Source: Camelus ferus (lineage: Eukaryota). From it: a stretch of DNA of 64,000 nt. Below are positions 40,062-51,577 of this stretch, piece after piece (the stretch's first letter is position 1; each line of letters starts with the position of its first letter). The position numbers were made by a program, and so were the translations under genes. The DNA lies in contig NC_045707.1 in assembly GCF_009834535.1 (NCBI RefSeq), positions 58,282,001-58,346,000 on the forward strand. The letters are read 5' to 3'. The notes below the pieces were generated by a model. The model was not told the origin of the DNA and did not search any database. It saw only the letters and a program-made list of their open reading frames with translations.

Positions 40062-42924
40062 AGTTTCTGCTTTTTTAATCTTTGTTAATTTGATGTTCTT
40101 ACTTCCATTTTAAAATTATTTTGTCAATTATACATTGCAGTTAGTTTGTTCTGCATTCATCTTAACCAATGTACCTTACTATATTCTGTACACCAGTATA
40201 GGTATTTTAAGTTAGTGCTGAGGGGTTACTGTTGAGGGCCAGTGAACACGTTATGCCATTGTTTTACTGAAGGCTTTAGCTTTGTTGATAATTAGTTTAT
40301 TTCAATAACTTCAGTATTATTTTACTATATTCTCCTGGGCATGTATTGGTCTGATCTTATTTCACATCTGCTTTTGTATTTGTTTATACTTCACAAGTTG
40401 TGATCTGCCATTGCACCTGTAAAGACAATGTTCATGGGATTTCCTTTTTGACCATTCTAAGCTTAAATGAAGCAGATTGTTTTATTTAAACTTACACCAG
40501 ACAGTCTGTGCTTTGCCAACATTTTCTAAGCTCTACATAGGTCTTTCCCCCTCCCTTTAGTAATGTAAACCATCCTACTGCAAGGAAGATTATTTCAGGA
40601 AAGTACATTTTAAATCAGTTGTATAATAGACTTTAGAGTTATTGGAAGGTCTAATTACATAGTCTTTGAAACTTTTAAGACCAGTAGAGTCTTATTAGCA
40701 TTTGTATTTTTTATAAGCAGTTTCAGTGATACTGGTATTTCTCCTCCACCCCACTAACATTTAGAATGGAATTGTCAACTTTAATAGTTACAGTAACTAT
40801 TAAGTTTTCACTCTTTACTTGGAAATCTTTGAGGCCACAGAGATATAAAGGCTTCTAGTTAATGAATCAAAGGTGTATGTTTGTACAGACTTTTGTATTA
40901 ATAGATATAGAAACAGCAAGTATTTTCTTTCTTTAAATTATAAGAGACTGTTCACTGCACTATAGGGTTGATTTTGTATTTTCTATCTAACATTTCTTTT
41001 TCCTCTTTTTGGCAGGGCATACAGATCACTTTAAATTCCATCTGTAAATGTCAGTTTTGAATAGACATGAGGAACAGGCTACCATCCCTCACAATCTCTG
41101 CCAATACTAATATAGTTTATCTGATTTAGGGAACGTTCCAATGTTAAGCAATGGAGTTTGTTTGATTACTGGAATCACTGTAAAAGAACATTTAGCTACA
41201 AAATGTATAATCTAATAAAAGCTATATTCAAATCTGACAAATAAATAAGCTTAAGTGTTGTCTATCTGCTTTAGAATCTTAACTGTTGAATATTCTATAG
41301 AAATAGGCTTACATTCTAATTGTTTACATATCGTGGACATGCACATGGAGTGATTTGATCAAATATGCCCGAGTTGTAATTTTATCAGTTGCACGAAACT
41401 AGCTGTATAGAAAATGTGTAAAATTTGAGATATATTTCAAGTGACTAGTTTTTTTTTTTTAAGCTGTAAAAAATGAAGAAAATTGATATTACACAACTTC
41501 CTATTAGTATGCTTTAGTGGAAAGTTGTTTGTACTGACTTTAAGTCATTTCTAGTTGGGTCAAAGTATTTAAAAGTAGTATGCTACCAATATAGTGTAGT
41601 GTTGCTGAAAACATCCTCCATTTCACATTTTTGTGTTTATTAAAATTCTGCTGTCATGATATTAAGTTTTACCACGTTAGGCGAAAATGCCTCAGAAATG
41701 TTATTTATTGCCCGGTTGTTCATACCAAGACAATTGATATATCAGTTATGCACAAGTCAGTAAATGCAACAAAGGCAATTCTTATTTAAACAATTCTGCT
41801 TATTCCATTTCAGCAAGAGGTGGTCTGGATAATTCAAGCTGATGTCATGTTTTGAAATATTTCACTTATAATTAAAATGAGAGAGGTGTTGTTTTGGAAC
41901 TTAAGGCATTATTATCATTTTTTCTAATGCATATTTAGATAGACATCATTTAAGGTCTATGCCATAGCTTTAGTTTATAATAGAATAAGATAAGAGAATT
42001 TTATGAAAGAATCTTGATAAAATGTTAGTTGGAATATTGTTTTGTGAAACTTTAGGGGGAAGTTCCATATGAAGTCATTATTATCTGCATTCAATAAAAT
42101 GTACTTTGAGTTGGATACACATACCTTCTTATTTCTTTCTACTTTGTCTAAATAACCAGTGATTAAACATTTTAATCTAGTTACTATGGTTTCAAAAGTA
42201 GTTTACAAGATAGATTTTATGAAGTATTTTCTTTGTTGTTATTCACTTAGAGATACCGTATTTTTATAAATAGGAGATTTGTTTTACATGTTTGGTGTAC
42301 AGAGTACAAAGATTAATCTGCTTCATCTTTAGAGGCTGACACTTTAATGACAGGCAGATAACAGGCAGATAAGAACTCTTTAAAATTTTCTTGCTAGGCT
42401 TTTGTTGCTGTCTCTGCTGTAAGAACAGCTGATGCCCAGGGGAGGGTTAAAATGTCTTTGAACCAACTGTCAAAGCATGGCTTCTCCAGAGGTAATCCTG
42501 CTAAAGGGTCAGGCCCACACACATGGGTACTTTTAGCACCTTGTCACCTGGTTTACTTCCTGCAACTGGTTAATTCCAAAGTGGTGCTTTTTCTATAATT
42601 GTAGATTACTAAGGAAGTTATTTCTGTAAGTTGCCAATATATATTTATTGCATACGATTTGAGCTGAGGTTTTGGAGGGGGAAAAGAGTCAAAGGTGGGG
42701 GTCCCTGCCTTCCAGAAGTTTCTATTTTACTTAAAGTTATACTTAAGTAAATGATGTAGTCTGTTATAATGGGAATTTACTGACTTGGAATAATTGTCAG
42801 ATTTATTAAAATTCCACATAGAAAATTCAATAATGGTTTTTCTATACCCCAGGGTTTGTTTTTTTTAATATCTTAGCTGTCAAATTTAAAGTATTAGCCT
42901 GTTGTAAAGAGTTTTGCCAATTGT

Positions 42925-43100
42925 TTTATCACTTACGTCATTTAATCCCCACAACAACCCAGTAAAATAGACATAGTTGTTATTCCTATTTTAGAGGTGA
43001 AGAAACTGAGACTGAGAGAAGTTAAGTAACTTACCCATAGTCTCGCAGGTAGGGTAGCCTATCTGGTTGGAACTTCAATCTAAATCTTACTCTTAACCGT
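42925..43100 (-). mobile_element. MIR SINE
   Basis: 'tcatttaatccccacaacaaccc…tattcctattttagaggtgaagaaactgagactgagagaagttaagtaacttaccca'. A second copy lies at about 45165-45390. Confidence 0.75.
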
Positions 43101-43886
43101 ATGGTTTTTTACACTGTTTTCCCACATTGAGATGTTCTGTATTGCAGCAAGCAGTCAGTATTTGCTGTTTCAGTCTGGAATCTGGTCATCTTACAAAGGG
43201 AACTTATTCTCTGATTTTAACCAGATCAGAAATAACTCAGAGAGTCTCTCATGGAGATTTTTAATGATTAACTAGAAAAAAAAGAGTTCTCATCAGTTTT
43301 TAAGAAGACTTATTTAATTTTGACCAGTGTTATTAAGATGAAACTGCAAAAGACTGAACAGAGAAATGACTGACTGGTTAATTGTGAGGTAATAGTTTTC
43401 TCATCCCAATGCTTAATGTTAACTTTCAGCAATTGTTTTCTTTTATGGGTAGCTTAGAATCAGCATAAAAAGTACTTTCTCACATTTCATTTTTAGCTGT
43501 CTTTAAAATAAGCATTAATCATTCTATATGTATGTTGAGTTGTAGCTTTTTTAAAAATTTTAGGGCATAAAAAAGCCTGGAAGGGAGATGTGTTGTATTT
43601 TTTAATGCTTGTTGACTTCTGAAAAGGTTTAAGCTGATTGGATGATGAATGATGATCCTTTTTTTCATTTTCTGAGCTTGTAAAATACTTCCAAATTAAG
43701 GATATAATTTATAAAAAGTGATTGATTTTGTCTGAAAAATTAGACATAGAGTCTTGTTTTGTTTGACCAGCAATGTGAATTTTTAAATGTAGTGGTAGTT
43801 GTTCTAGCACTGTCAGTTGTTTTATGTAACTTGGAATTGTGTGCTTATAAACATACCCAAACTGATATGTCCTTTTTACTTTACAG

Positions 43887-43921
43887 GAACCATCTAGAAC
43901 AGTTACAGGCAGATATAAGAG
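43887..43921 (+). CDS. PAWR: PAWR 35-nt coding exon (exon 4), phase 0/2
   Basis: Acceptor cctttttactttacag| and donor |gtaaga. Translates EPSRTVTGRYK plus AG of a split Ser codon. Resembles human EPPRTVSGRYKS as recalled and keeps frame between its neighbours. Confidence 0.95.
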
Positions 43922-44240
43922 GTAAGAATCCATAAGTTAAGACTTAAAAGCATATTGTAGACATGAGTATAATGTCTTTCTGACCATGGCTTAACTGACT
44001 AAAACTGTTTAAAGCCGCTGTTTGAAAAATAAGGAACTTTACTATTGTGCTCTTAAAAATAAATTACATTGTAGGCAAGAGTGTAATGTCTGTCTGACCG
44101 TAACTTATTCTGACATACTCTGCAGTCTTTGAAAACTGCACACCATGAATTTGTATGGGTTTGATAAACTTAGCAAAAGAAAAAACTTAGAATCATTTTG
44201 TCTTGTGTATTTAAACACTGAAAGTACAAGTGTATCACCT

Positions 44241-44958
44241 TGTTAGTCAGCTTGGGATGCCATAACAAAATACCATGGACAGAATGGCTAAAACAGAAAT
44301 TTATTTTCTCACAGTTCTAGAGGTTGTGAAGTCCAAGGTCAGGGTGCCAGCATGGTCTGGTTCTAATGAGGATTCGTCTCCTGGCATGCAGAGAGCTTCC
44401 TTCTTGCAGTGCCCTTAAATGGTGGGGAGAGAAATGGTGACTTCCCTGGTGTCTCCTTTGATAAATGCACTAATCCTAATCCCATCGTAAGGGCCCCACC
44501 CTCACGACCTTATCTGAACCTAAGTACCTCCCAAAGGCCCTGCTTCCAAGTATACCATCACATTGAGGTTAGGGCTTCAGCATATGAATTTTGGGAGTAG
44601 AGTACACAATTCATTCCAAGCTTCCTTCATTCAGGCTGCTGTAACAAAATACCACAGACAACAGAAATGTCCTTCTCACAGTTCTGGAGGCTGGAAGTCA
44701 GAGATCAGATTGCCAGCACAGTGATGTTCTGGTGAGACCCTCTTGCCAGTTGCAAAATAGCAGCCTCTCACTGTCTTCACTTGTGGAAGGGGCTGGAGAG
44801 CTGTGTGAGGTCTCTTTTACAGGAGCACTAATTCCATTCATGAGGACTTCACCTTTGTAACCCAGGCACCTCCCAAAGGTCCCACTTCTTATTACCCTCA
44901 CATTGGGCATTGGGATTTCAGCATATGAATTTTAGGGGGACACATTCAGACCATAGCA
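44241..44958 (-). mobile_element. Two adjacent MaLR LTRs (MLT1A-like) in the same orientation
   Basis: Both units (about 44241-44620 and 44621-44958) contain 'taacaaaatacca', 'ttctcacagttct', 'cacta at..ccat' and 'cctcccaaagg', and end 'ttcagcatatgaatttt'. Confidence 0.8.
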
Positions 44959-47900
44959 AGTCCATGGTGCCACCTTTACACAATGAGTAATGCTTTTACC
45001 AGAAAATGTGTTTGAACGTGTATGCACATGTATAGGAAGAAAAATCAGAGTTAGGTATGAGAAGGTGTTTAATGGAGATGCCTGGGATATTAGCTTCCTT
45101 CCCTGTTGAAGCCATGAAAGTTTCAGAAGATGTGGTCATACTTGTGCTAATAATTATAGAATAGTGGTAAAGCTTATCAAGTGCTTATAATGTGCAAGGT
45201 GCTTTGCATAGAAACTTCATCCAATTCTCAGTTACCTTATAGGGTAAGTATAGTAGGTATAATATTTACTTTCATTTTGTAGCTGAGGGAAATGCGGTAA
45301 AGAGGTAGAATAATTTCATTGTGGTTACATAGCTAGTGAGTAGAAGAATCTAGATTTGAACTCAGGGCACCTAACTCCAGAGCCCACATGCTTGCACAAG
45401 ACAGTCCACCTAGATTTATACATACTAAACCTTTGTCTTCCTCTATTTTATGGTAAAGTTTAAAATATTTGGTTAAAAGTTGTAGTTTTTATAGTTCATC
45501 TAAATAAAACACTGATTAAGAAGAGCTCTAATTTTAATACCAAGTTACTATAGAAATAAAATTCAGTGTTTAACTTTTAGAAGAGATAAGGCCAAGATAA
45601 TCAACATTTGAATAAGTGGATCTGATATGTTTGTCACTGCTGCTGCTTTCATTTTCATTTATGAGTATTTTGATGTAGGTATAACGAAACCTGTGATTCT
45701 TTTAAGGTTATAACTTTTATGTTTTTACTTGGTAATTTTTACTTAACATGAATAGTTTAAACTGGAAAGAATCTTTTCTTTTGCTAGCAATCATTACCAA
45801 TCAAATACCTTTCATTTGGCCTATTTCCAGGTTACATTCTCAAGCCAAAAAACTTTTTATCATCAGTTTCTGGTTTGGAGAGTAAAGACAAACTTCAGTA
45901 ACTTAACAAGTTTGTTGTATCATTCATACATATTTAGTTCTTATTAAATAATAAACCTTAAATTATGGTTGATACTTTTTCAGATTTGTATTCTTTAGTT
46001 AGAATCGTTAGGGGAATGGTTTTATAAATCCTCATCAAAAGGTTTATTTACATATCATTGTGTTAAATCAGGAAGAAAATTGATTTCACATGGTGTATGT
46101 TTTTATTTTTAAGATTTTCAGACCATTATTTTACTTGTGACCTGTTTGTATACCTGTTACTTCCTTTATTTTCATAGCCTAGAGCATGCGGTTTGTTAAT
46201 TTGCAGCTCTCAGAGGTTTAGCCACATTTAATAACTGTTATAAAACAAAAAAAAATTATGTTTCTAGTCATTATTCACTGACTCATGGCAACTTGTAGTT
46301 TGAATACTATCTAAAAAGGAAAAGAACAAACACAAAACCTAGAATCTAGATCTGAAATGATCGATTCCTTTCTAGAGGAGTTTGTTGTATTGTACATCAA
46401 CAGTTCATTACTTTCATTAATCTGTCAGCAAGTTGTAACAAAGACTAGAATATGGATGTTTCTTAGAGAGTGTCTGCTGATGAATGAAGATGGAGAAAAG
46501 GAGGAATGGGCTAAAGGATAGAAATTTGGCATTATATGTTAGAAAATATTTTCAGTAAATCAGATAACTTCAGTAAAATAGGCAAACTCTTAAAAAGTCA
46601 TTAGAGGCTACAAGCACATGCAAGACTAGTTTGTATGTGTGCTCTTATAAGTTATGAATTTGATATTTATTTTTTTCTCAGAAGTATCAAGGCTGTACCT
46701 TTTTAAGCGTTGAATCTGTTAAGCACTCATTCTAGTTATGCTCTATTTTACTAATCAGCTGTTGTTTCTCTAGAACATCTCTTACATATTCACTGATCTC
46801 CTTTTTAAAACCTTTGGAAAACTGCTTAGAGGCAGTGGTTGTAAAATTTCTGAAACTCAAGGCTTAGGAAAGATGGGTCAGTGGTTGTGTTTTTGTGGGG
46901 TTTTTTCCCAATGTGTAATGTTCTTAGTAGAATGTTTACTTGGTAAAGTTTATAGTGATCTTTTTAGAATAATCCACTATATTTAATATACCAGAAATGA
47001 GCATGTATGATAGCCCCTAACTGGAAAAGCTTAAAATTTCTAACAATGAGATAGGGTTTAGCTGTGGCATACTAATACAGAGTTATAATACAGACATTAA
47101 ACCGAGTCTGTAGAAAACCATTAATGACAGGAATTAATAATTATAGGAAAATTATTACCTATTTATGTTAAATGGGAAGAGGGAGAGCATATTACAAATA
47201 GTATGATATCAAATAAAGTCTATCATAACATACATAAAGCATTCTCAACTTGAAATCTATTAATAAACTGCTGAAATTCTATGTAAAAGAATATAATGTT
47301 TATTTACCTGGGAGAAGAGCTGTATTTTTCATCAGATTTTCAAAGGGATCTGCAATCCCAAAAGATTATGAACTACTGATATCAGCAGTTATCTCTGGGT
47401 TGGTAGGATTACTGGAGATGTTGATTCATATTATTTGTTTCCCACAGTGAATATGTATCATAATTTTAATAAGGAGTCTGAGAAGTAATTTTGATCTTTA
47501 GTTGTTGCTCTGTGTGTCTGTGTGTGTGTTTAAAGAGGGGAGAGAGAGAAGACCTATATAGAGTAAGGGGCTGTTTTGAACAGTGGGAGTGGGGGTGGAA
47601 TAGAATAAGGTAGAGAAACACATAAAACACACGGAGACCAGTCATGTACTTACTGGTTATTTAAGAATTTCATCATTTATCCAGTACTTCTAAATATTTG
47701 ATATCCATTCTAAAAGTAGGATTTTACTCATGAGTCTTGTACTTCTTCTAATTGCTAAGCTTTAAAATATCTATTTTAGTGGAAAATTCCTCTAGCTATA
47801 ATCTCATAATGCTGCCAATCTTGTTCTCATGATAGTTTTAGAATAACAGTGCTTTATCCCCCAACACAACACCTTCTAGGCTTTCCACAGAAGATATGAA

Positions 47901-48589
47901 AATCCCCAGAGGGGAAAATTTTCAGTAAAAGGTGGTTTTTATCTTTGATGATAATGTTTATTCTTTTTCCTTTTCTGAACATTATGGTTAGTAACTTTGT
48001 AGCTAAGGGCAGAGGGGAATTCTTTTTGGAATTGTATTAGTTAGAGATTTGTGTTAACATTCTTGAGTAGAATGTTATAATCTTTTTGGAGTTAATAAAA
48101 CAATTTTTTATTCTGGGTATTTTGCACTGTACATATGCAGCCCTCAAAATAGATTAAAACATTTCTGTTTTTAGAATAAACAGAGTTAAATTTGGCAATA
48201 AGATCAAGTAACACAGTTATTCACAATTATGACTGTTCTTTACAAACCTAATATGTAATGGTGATGACGCATGATTTATTTTTCAGTGATAATTATTCCT
48301 TGTGTTGAATTTGTGTGTTAGTGTCATTTATATATTGACAAGCCTGATATGAAGAATTTTTAAAATTGTTAATAGGTTAAACTTTTTGAAATGCTGTTTT
48401 AAGCTTGTACTTTAAGCAAATACAAAGTTATTAAGGGATATCCACATTTCTAGGTTTTCATTTGTAGTTGTCAGTGTTGTAGTTTCTATTTGAATAATCT
48501 TGTGGTTGATGCAGATAAAGATAATTGGACTTTTTTTTTTTTTAAGTGGAAAGAGATCCTTTAAAATGATTCTAATGCTCTTTTATATA

Positions 48590-49230
48590 TGGCTTCAGTG
48601 ATACCTTACTCTGGATTTTCTTCCTGCCGCTTTGCTGGTATTTCCCAGTCTCATCGTTCTTCTTTCCTACTTGTTCTTTATGTGTTGGTGTTACTCAGCT
48701 CTCTGTCTTAGACTTTGTTCTTTTTCTTTTGTGTATTTGTGCTAGAAATTTCTTTAACTTCGATGACTTCAGTTACTCTCTATACCTATTCTGATGATTC
48801 CAAATCATTATACCTGTATAACCAACAACTTTTAAATACCTACTTTTAGATATCTCAGAAGCATCTTAAACTCAGCATGTTCAAAAGTAAACTTGTGAAA
48901 CTTGGTGGATTTCAGCAGTTGGTATTAAAATCCATTCTTGCTCAAGCCAGAAATCTGGACATTGTTTATGACATTTTCCCCCCGCCCCACTACCTCACTT
49001 ACATCCAGTCATTTACCAGAACTTGTTGAATTTATCTCCTCCTCCAGTGCCAGCAAACCAATCCAAGACACCCATAGTCTCTCACATATAATTACAATAA
49101 CCTCCAAACTGGGCCTCCCTGCCCCCAGTTTTCCTCATTTCCAGTGCATTTTGTTAAAGTGATTCTGTCACTTTTCCTGCTTTAGTAGCTTCCCATGACC
49201 TTTAAATGAAGTCTAAGCTAGTCTCCAAGG
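48590..49230 (+). mobile_element. LINE-2 fragment (possibly resumes at about 51290-51450)
   Basis: 'atctcagaagcatcttaaactcagcatgttcaaaagtaaact…ttgctcaagccagaaatctgg…ttacaataacctccaaactgggcctccctgcc'. Confidence 0.65.
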
Positions 49231-49323
49231 CAGGTGGTACATAAGATAATGTTAGGGTACAGGAGGGAAAATAGATCTTGTATTTATGTTTACCTCTTAA
49301 TCTAAAAAACACTAAGGCATTTA

Positions 49324-49625
49324 TAGTCATCCCTTAGTATCCATGGAGGGGATTGGGTCTGGAACCCCGGAGGATACCAGAATCTGTGATGTACAAGTCC
49401 CTTATTTAAAATGTTGTAGTATTTGCATATAACCTATGTATAGCCTCCCATGTACTTTAAATCATCTTTAGAATGCTTATGATACCTAATACAATATAAA
49501 TGCTATGTAAATATAAGTTTTGCTTCTTGGAAATTTCTGGAATTCTCCCTCTACCCCCCGAATATTTCCAATCCAAGTTGCTTGAATTTGTGGATGCAGA
49601 ACGCACAGATTTGGAGGGCCCACTG
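49324..49625. mobile_element. MER2 (TcMar-Tigger) non-autonomous DNA transposon
   Basis: 'tagtcatcccttagtatccatgg…tagtatttgcatataaccta…actttaaatcatc…tacctaatacaat…ggatgcagaac…ggagggcccactg'. Inverted ends, with TA on the left flank. Confidence 0.85.
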
Positions 49626-50032
49626 TGTACTTAATAGGTAGTACTGTGTACTAGTTATTTGCGTATTACTCCCTTGCTCTGTGTGTCTGATGATCATTTA
49701 GCACTGGAGGTATCCTGAGGGAAGTGTTCTTTGTTCACCTTCTAAGTATTGCACAATACTGTAATTTGAGTGGTTAAGTGGATTTATGAATTATGTAGTT
49801 CAACCAACATCCACAAAATTGGTAAGTCTGGAGGAGTAGATTAAGGAGAATATCAAATCAAGTATGTAAGTGCAGAAATGATCATGTGGTTGTTCAGCTG
49901 GCAAGATACGTAATATTGGATCTGTTCTTAAAATTTTTTTTTAATTTTTTAAAAAGTAGAAAAATATTTTGATGCTTGTTTTGGAGTTTTAAGTGAAAGT
50001 TTTAAAAAATTTAAATTCTTAGCATGAGAAAG

Positions 50033-51255
50033 ATATTTGGGGTCTTTTTGTGTTTCCACACAAATTTAACAATTGTTTTGTTCCAGTTCTGAAAAATGCC
50101 ATTGGTAATTTGATAGGGATTGCATTGAATCAGTATATTGTCTTGGGTATTATGACCATTTTAATGATACTGATTCTTCCAATCCGAGAACACAGTATAT
50201 CTTTCCGTCTGTTTGTGTTGTCTTCAGTTTCCTTTATCAGTATCTTACAGTTTTCAGAGTACAAGTCTTTTGCCTCCCTAGGTAGGCTTATTCCTAGGTA
50301 TTTTATTCTTTTTGGTGCAGTGGTAAATGGGATTGTTTCCTTGATTTCTTTTTTGAAATTTCATTGCTAGTGAACAGAAATGAAGTAGATTTCTGTATGT
50401 TAATTTGAAATCTGCAACTTTACCAAATTCGTTGATGAATTGTAGTAGTTTTCTGGTAGCATCTTTAAGACTTTCTGTGTATCGTGTCATATTATCTGCA
50501 AACAATGAGAGTTTTACTTCTTCTTTTCCAACTTGGATCCCTTTTATTTCTTTTCCTTCTTTGATTGCTGTGGCTAGGACTTCCAAAACTATGTTGAATA
50601 AAAGTGGCATCAGTGGGCATCCTTCTCTTGTTCCTGATCTTAAAGAAAATGCTTTCAGCTTTTCACCATTGAATATGATGTTAGCTGTGGGTTTGTCATA
50701 TATGGCCTTTATTATGTTGAGGTATGTTCCCTATCTGCCCACTCTGTGCCCACTTCTGGAGAGTTTTTGTCATAAATGGATGTTGAATTTTATCAAAAGC
50801 TTTTTCTGCATCTATTGAGATGATCATACGGTTTTTATTCTTCACTTTGTTAAGGTGGTGTATCATACTGATAGATTTGTGGATTTTGAAGAATCCTTGC
50901 ATCCCTGGGATAAATCCCACTTAATCATGGTGTGTGCGCCTTTTAATGTATTGTTCAAGTTGGTTTGCTAGTATTTTGTTGAGGATTTTTGCATCTATGT
51001 TCATGAATGATAATGGCCTGTAATTTTCTTTTTTTGGTGATATCTTTGGTTTTGGTATCAGGGTGATGGTAGCCTCATAGAATGAGTTTGGAAGTGTTCA
51101 TGCAATTTTTTGGGATAGTTTTGGAAGGATAGGTGTTAACTCTTCTCTAAATATGTGGTAGATTTCACCTGTGAAACCATCTGGTCTTGGATTTTTGTTT
51201 GTTGGAAGTTTTTAAATTACCGATTCAATCTCAGTACTGGTAACTGGTCTGTTCT
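50033..51255 (-). mobile_element. LINE-1 ORF2 reverse-transcriptase-region fragment (disrupted)
   Basis: Minus-strand frames give [10 protein letters not shown]…[18 protein letters not shown] and [16 protein letters not shown]…[10 protein letters not shown] (degenerate FADD motif). Several frameshifts. Confidence 0.92.
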
Positions 51256-51577
51256 TTGGAGACATTAGTTTAAATTCTTCATAAAATAGCTTTCAGGTCT
51301 CCAGCTCATTTTACCAGCATTATATCTTACTGCTCCTATGTTTACATTTCATACTGTAGCCCTATTGGATTTTTCTGTTTTCAGATGGCCACATACTCTT
51401 TGTTTCTAGACATTTGAATTCTTACTCCTCTTTTAAGTCTAAGTTTAAGCATTCTCTAGCATAATGCTACTCCAGGTGTGGTCCTTGAACTGTTTGTTAC
51501 TAATCCATGACAAGATAAGAACAGAACTCTAGAGTAAACATTTAGAAACTTGAATTGCACTTTGACATTGTCATCAT

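Noticed and set aside
22289..42372. Short tandem duplications (aagcattaaaac x2 near 22290, atatctgtatgt x2 near 36450, acaggcagata x2 near 42350)
   Set aside because: These are ordinary slippage products with no further structure.
8407..46290. Scattered AP-1 heptamers TGA(C/G)TCA (e.g. near 8407, 21323, 24786, 35582, 46279)
   Set aside because: The number seen is about what chance would give in 64 kb, and there is no convincing cluster.
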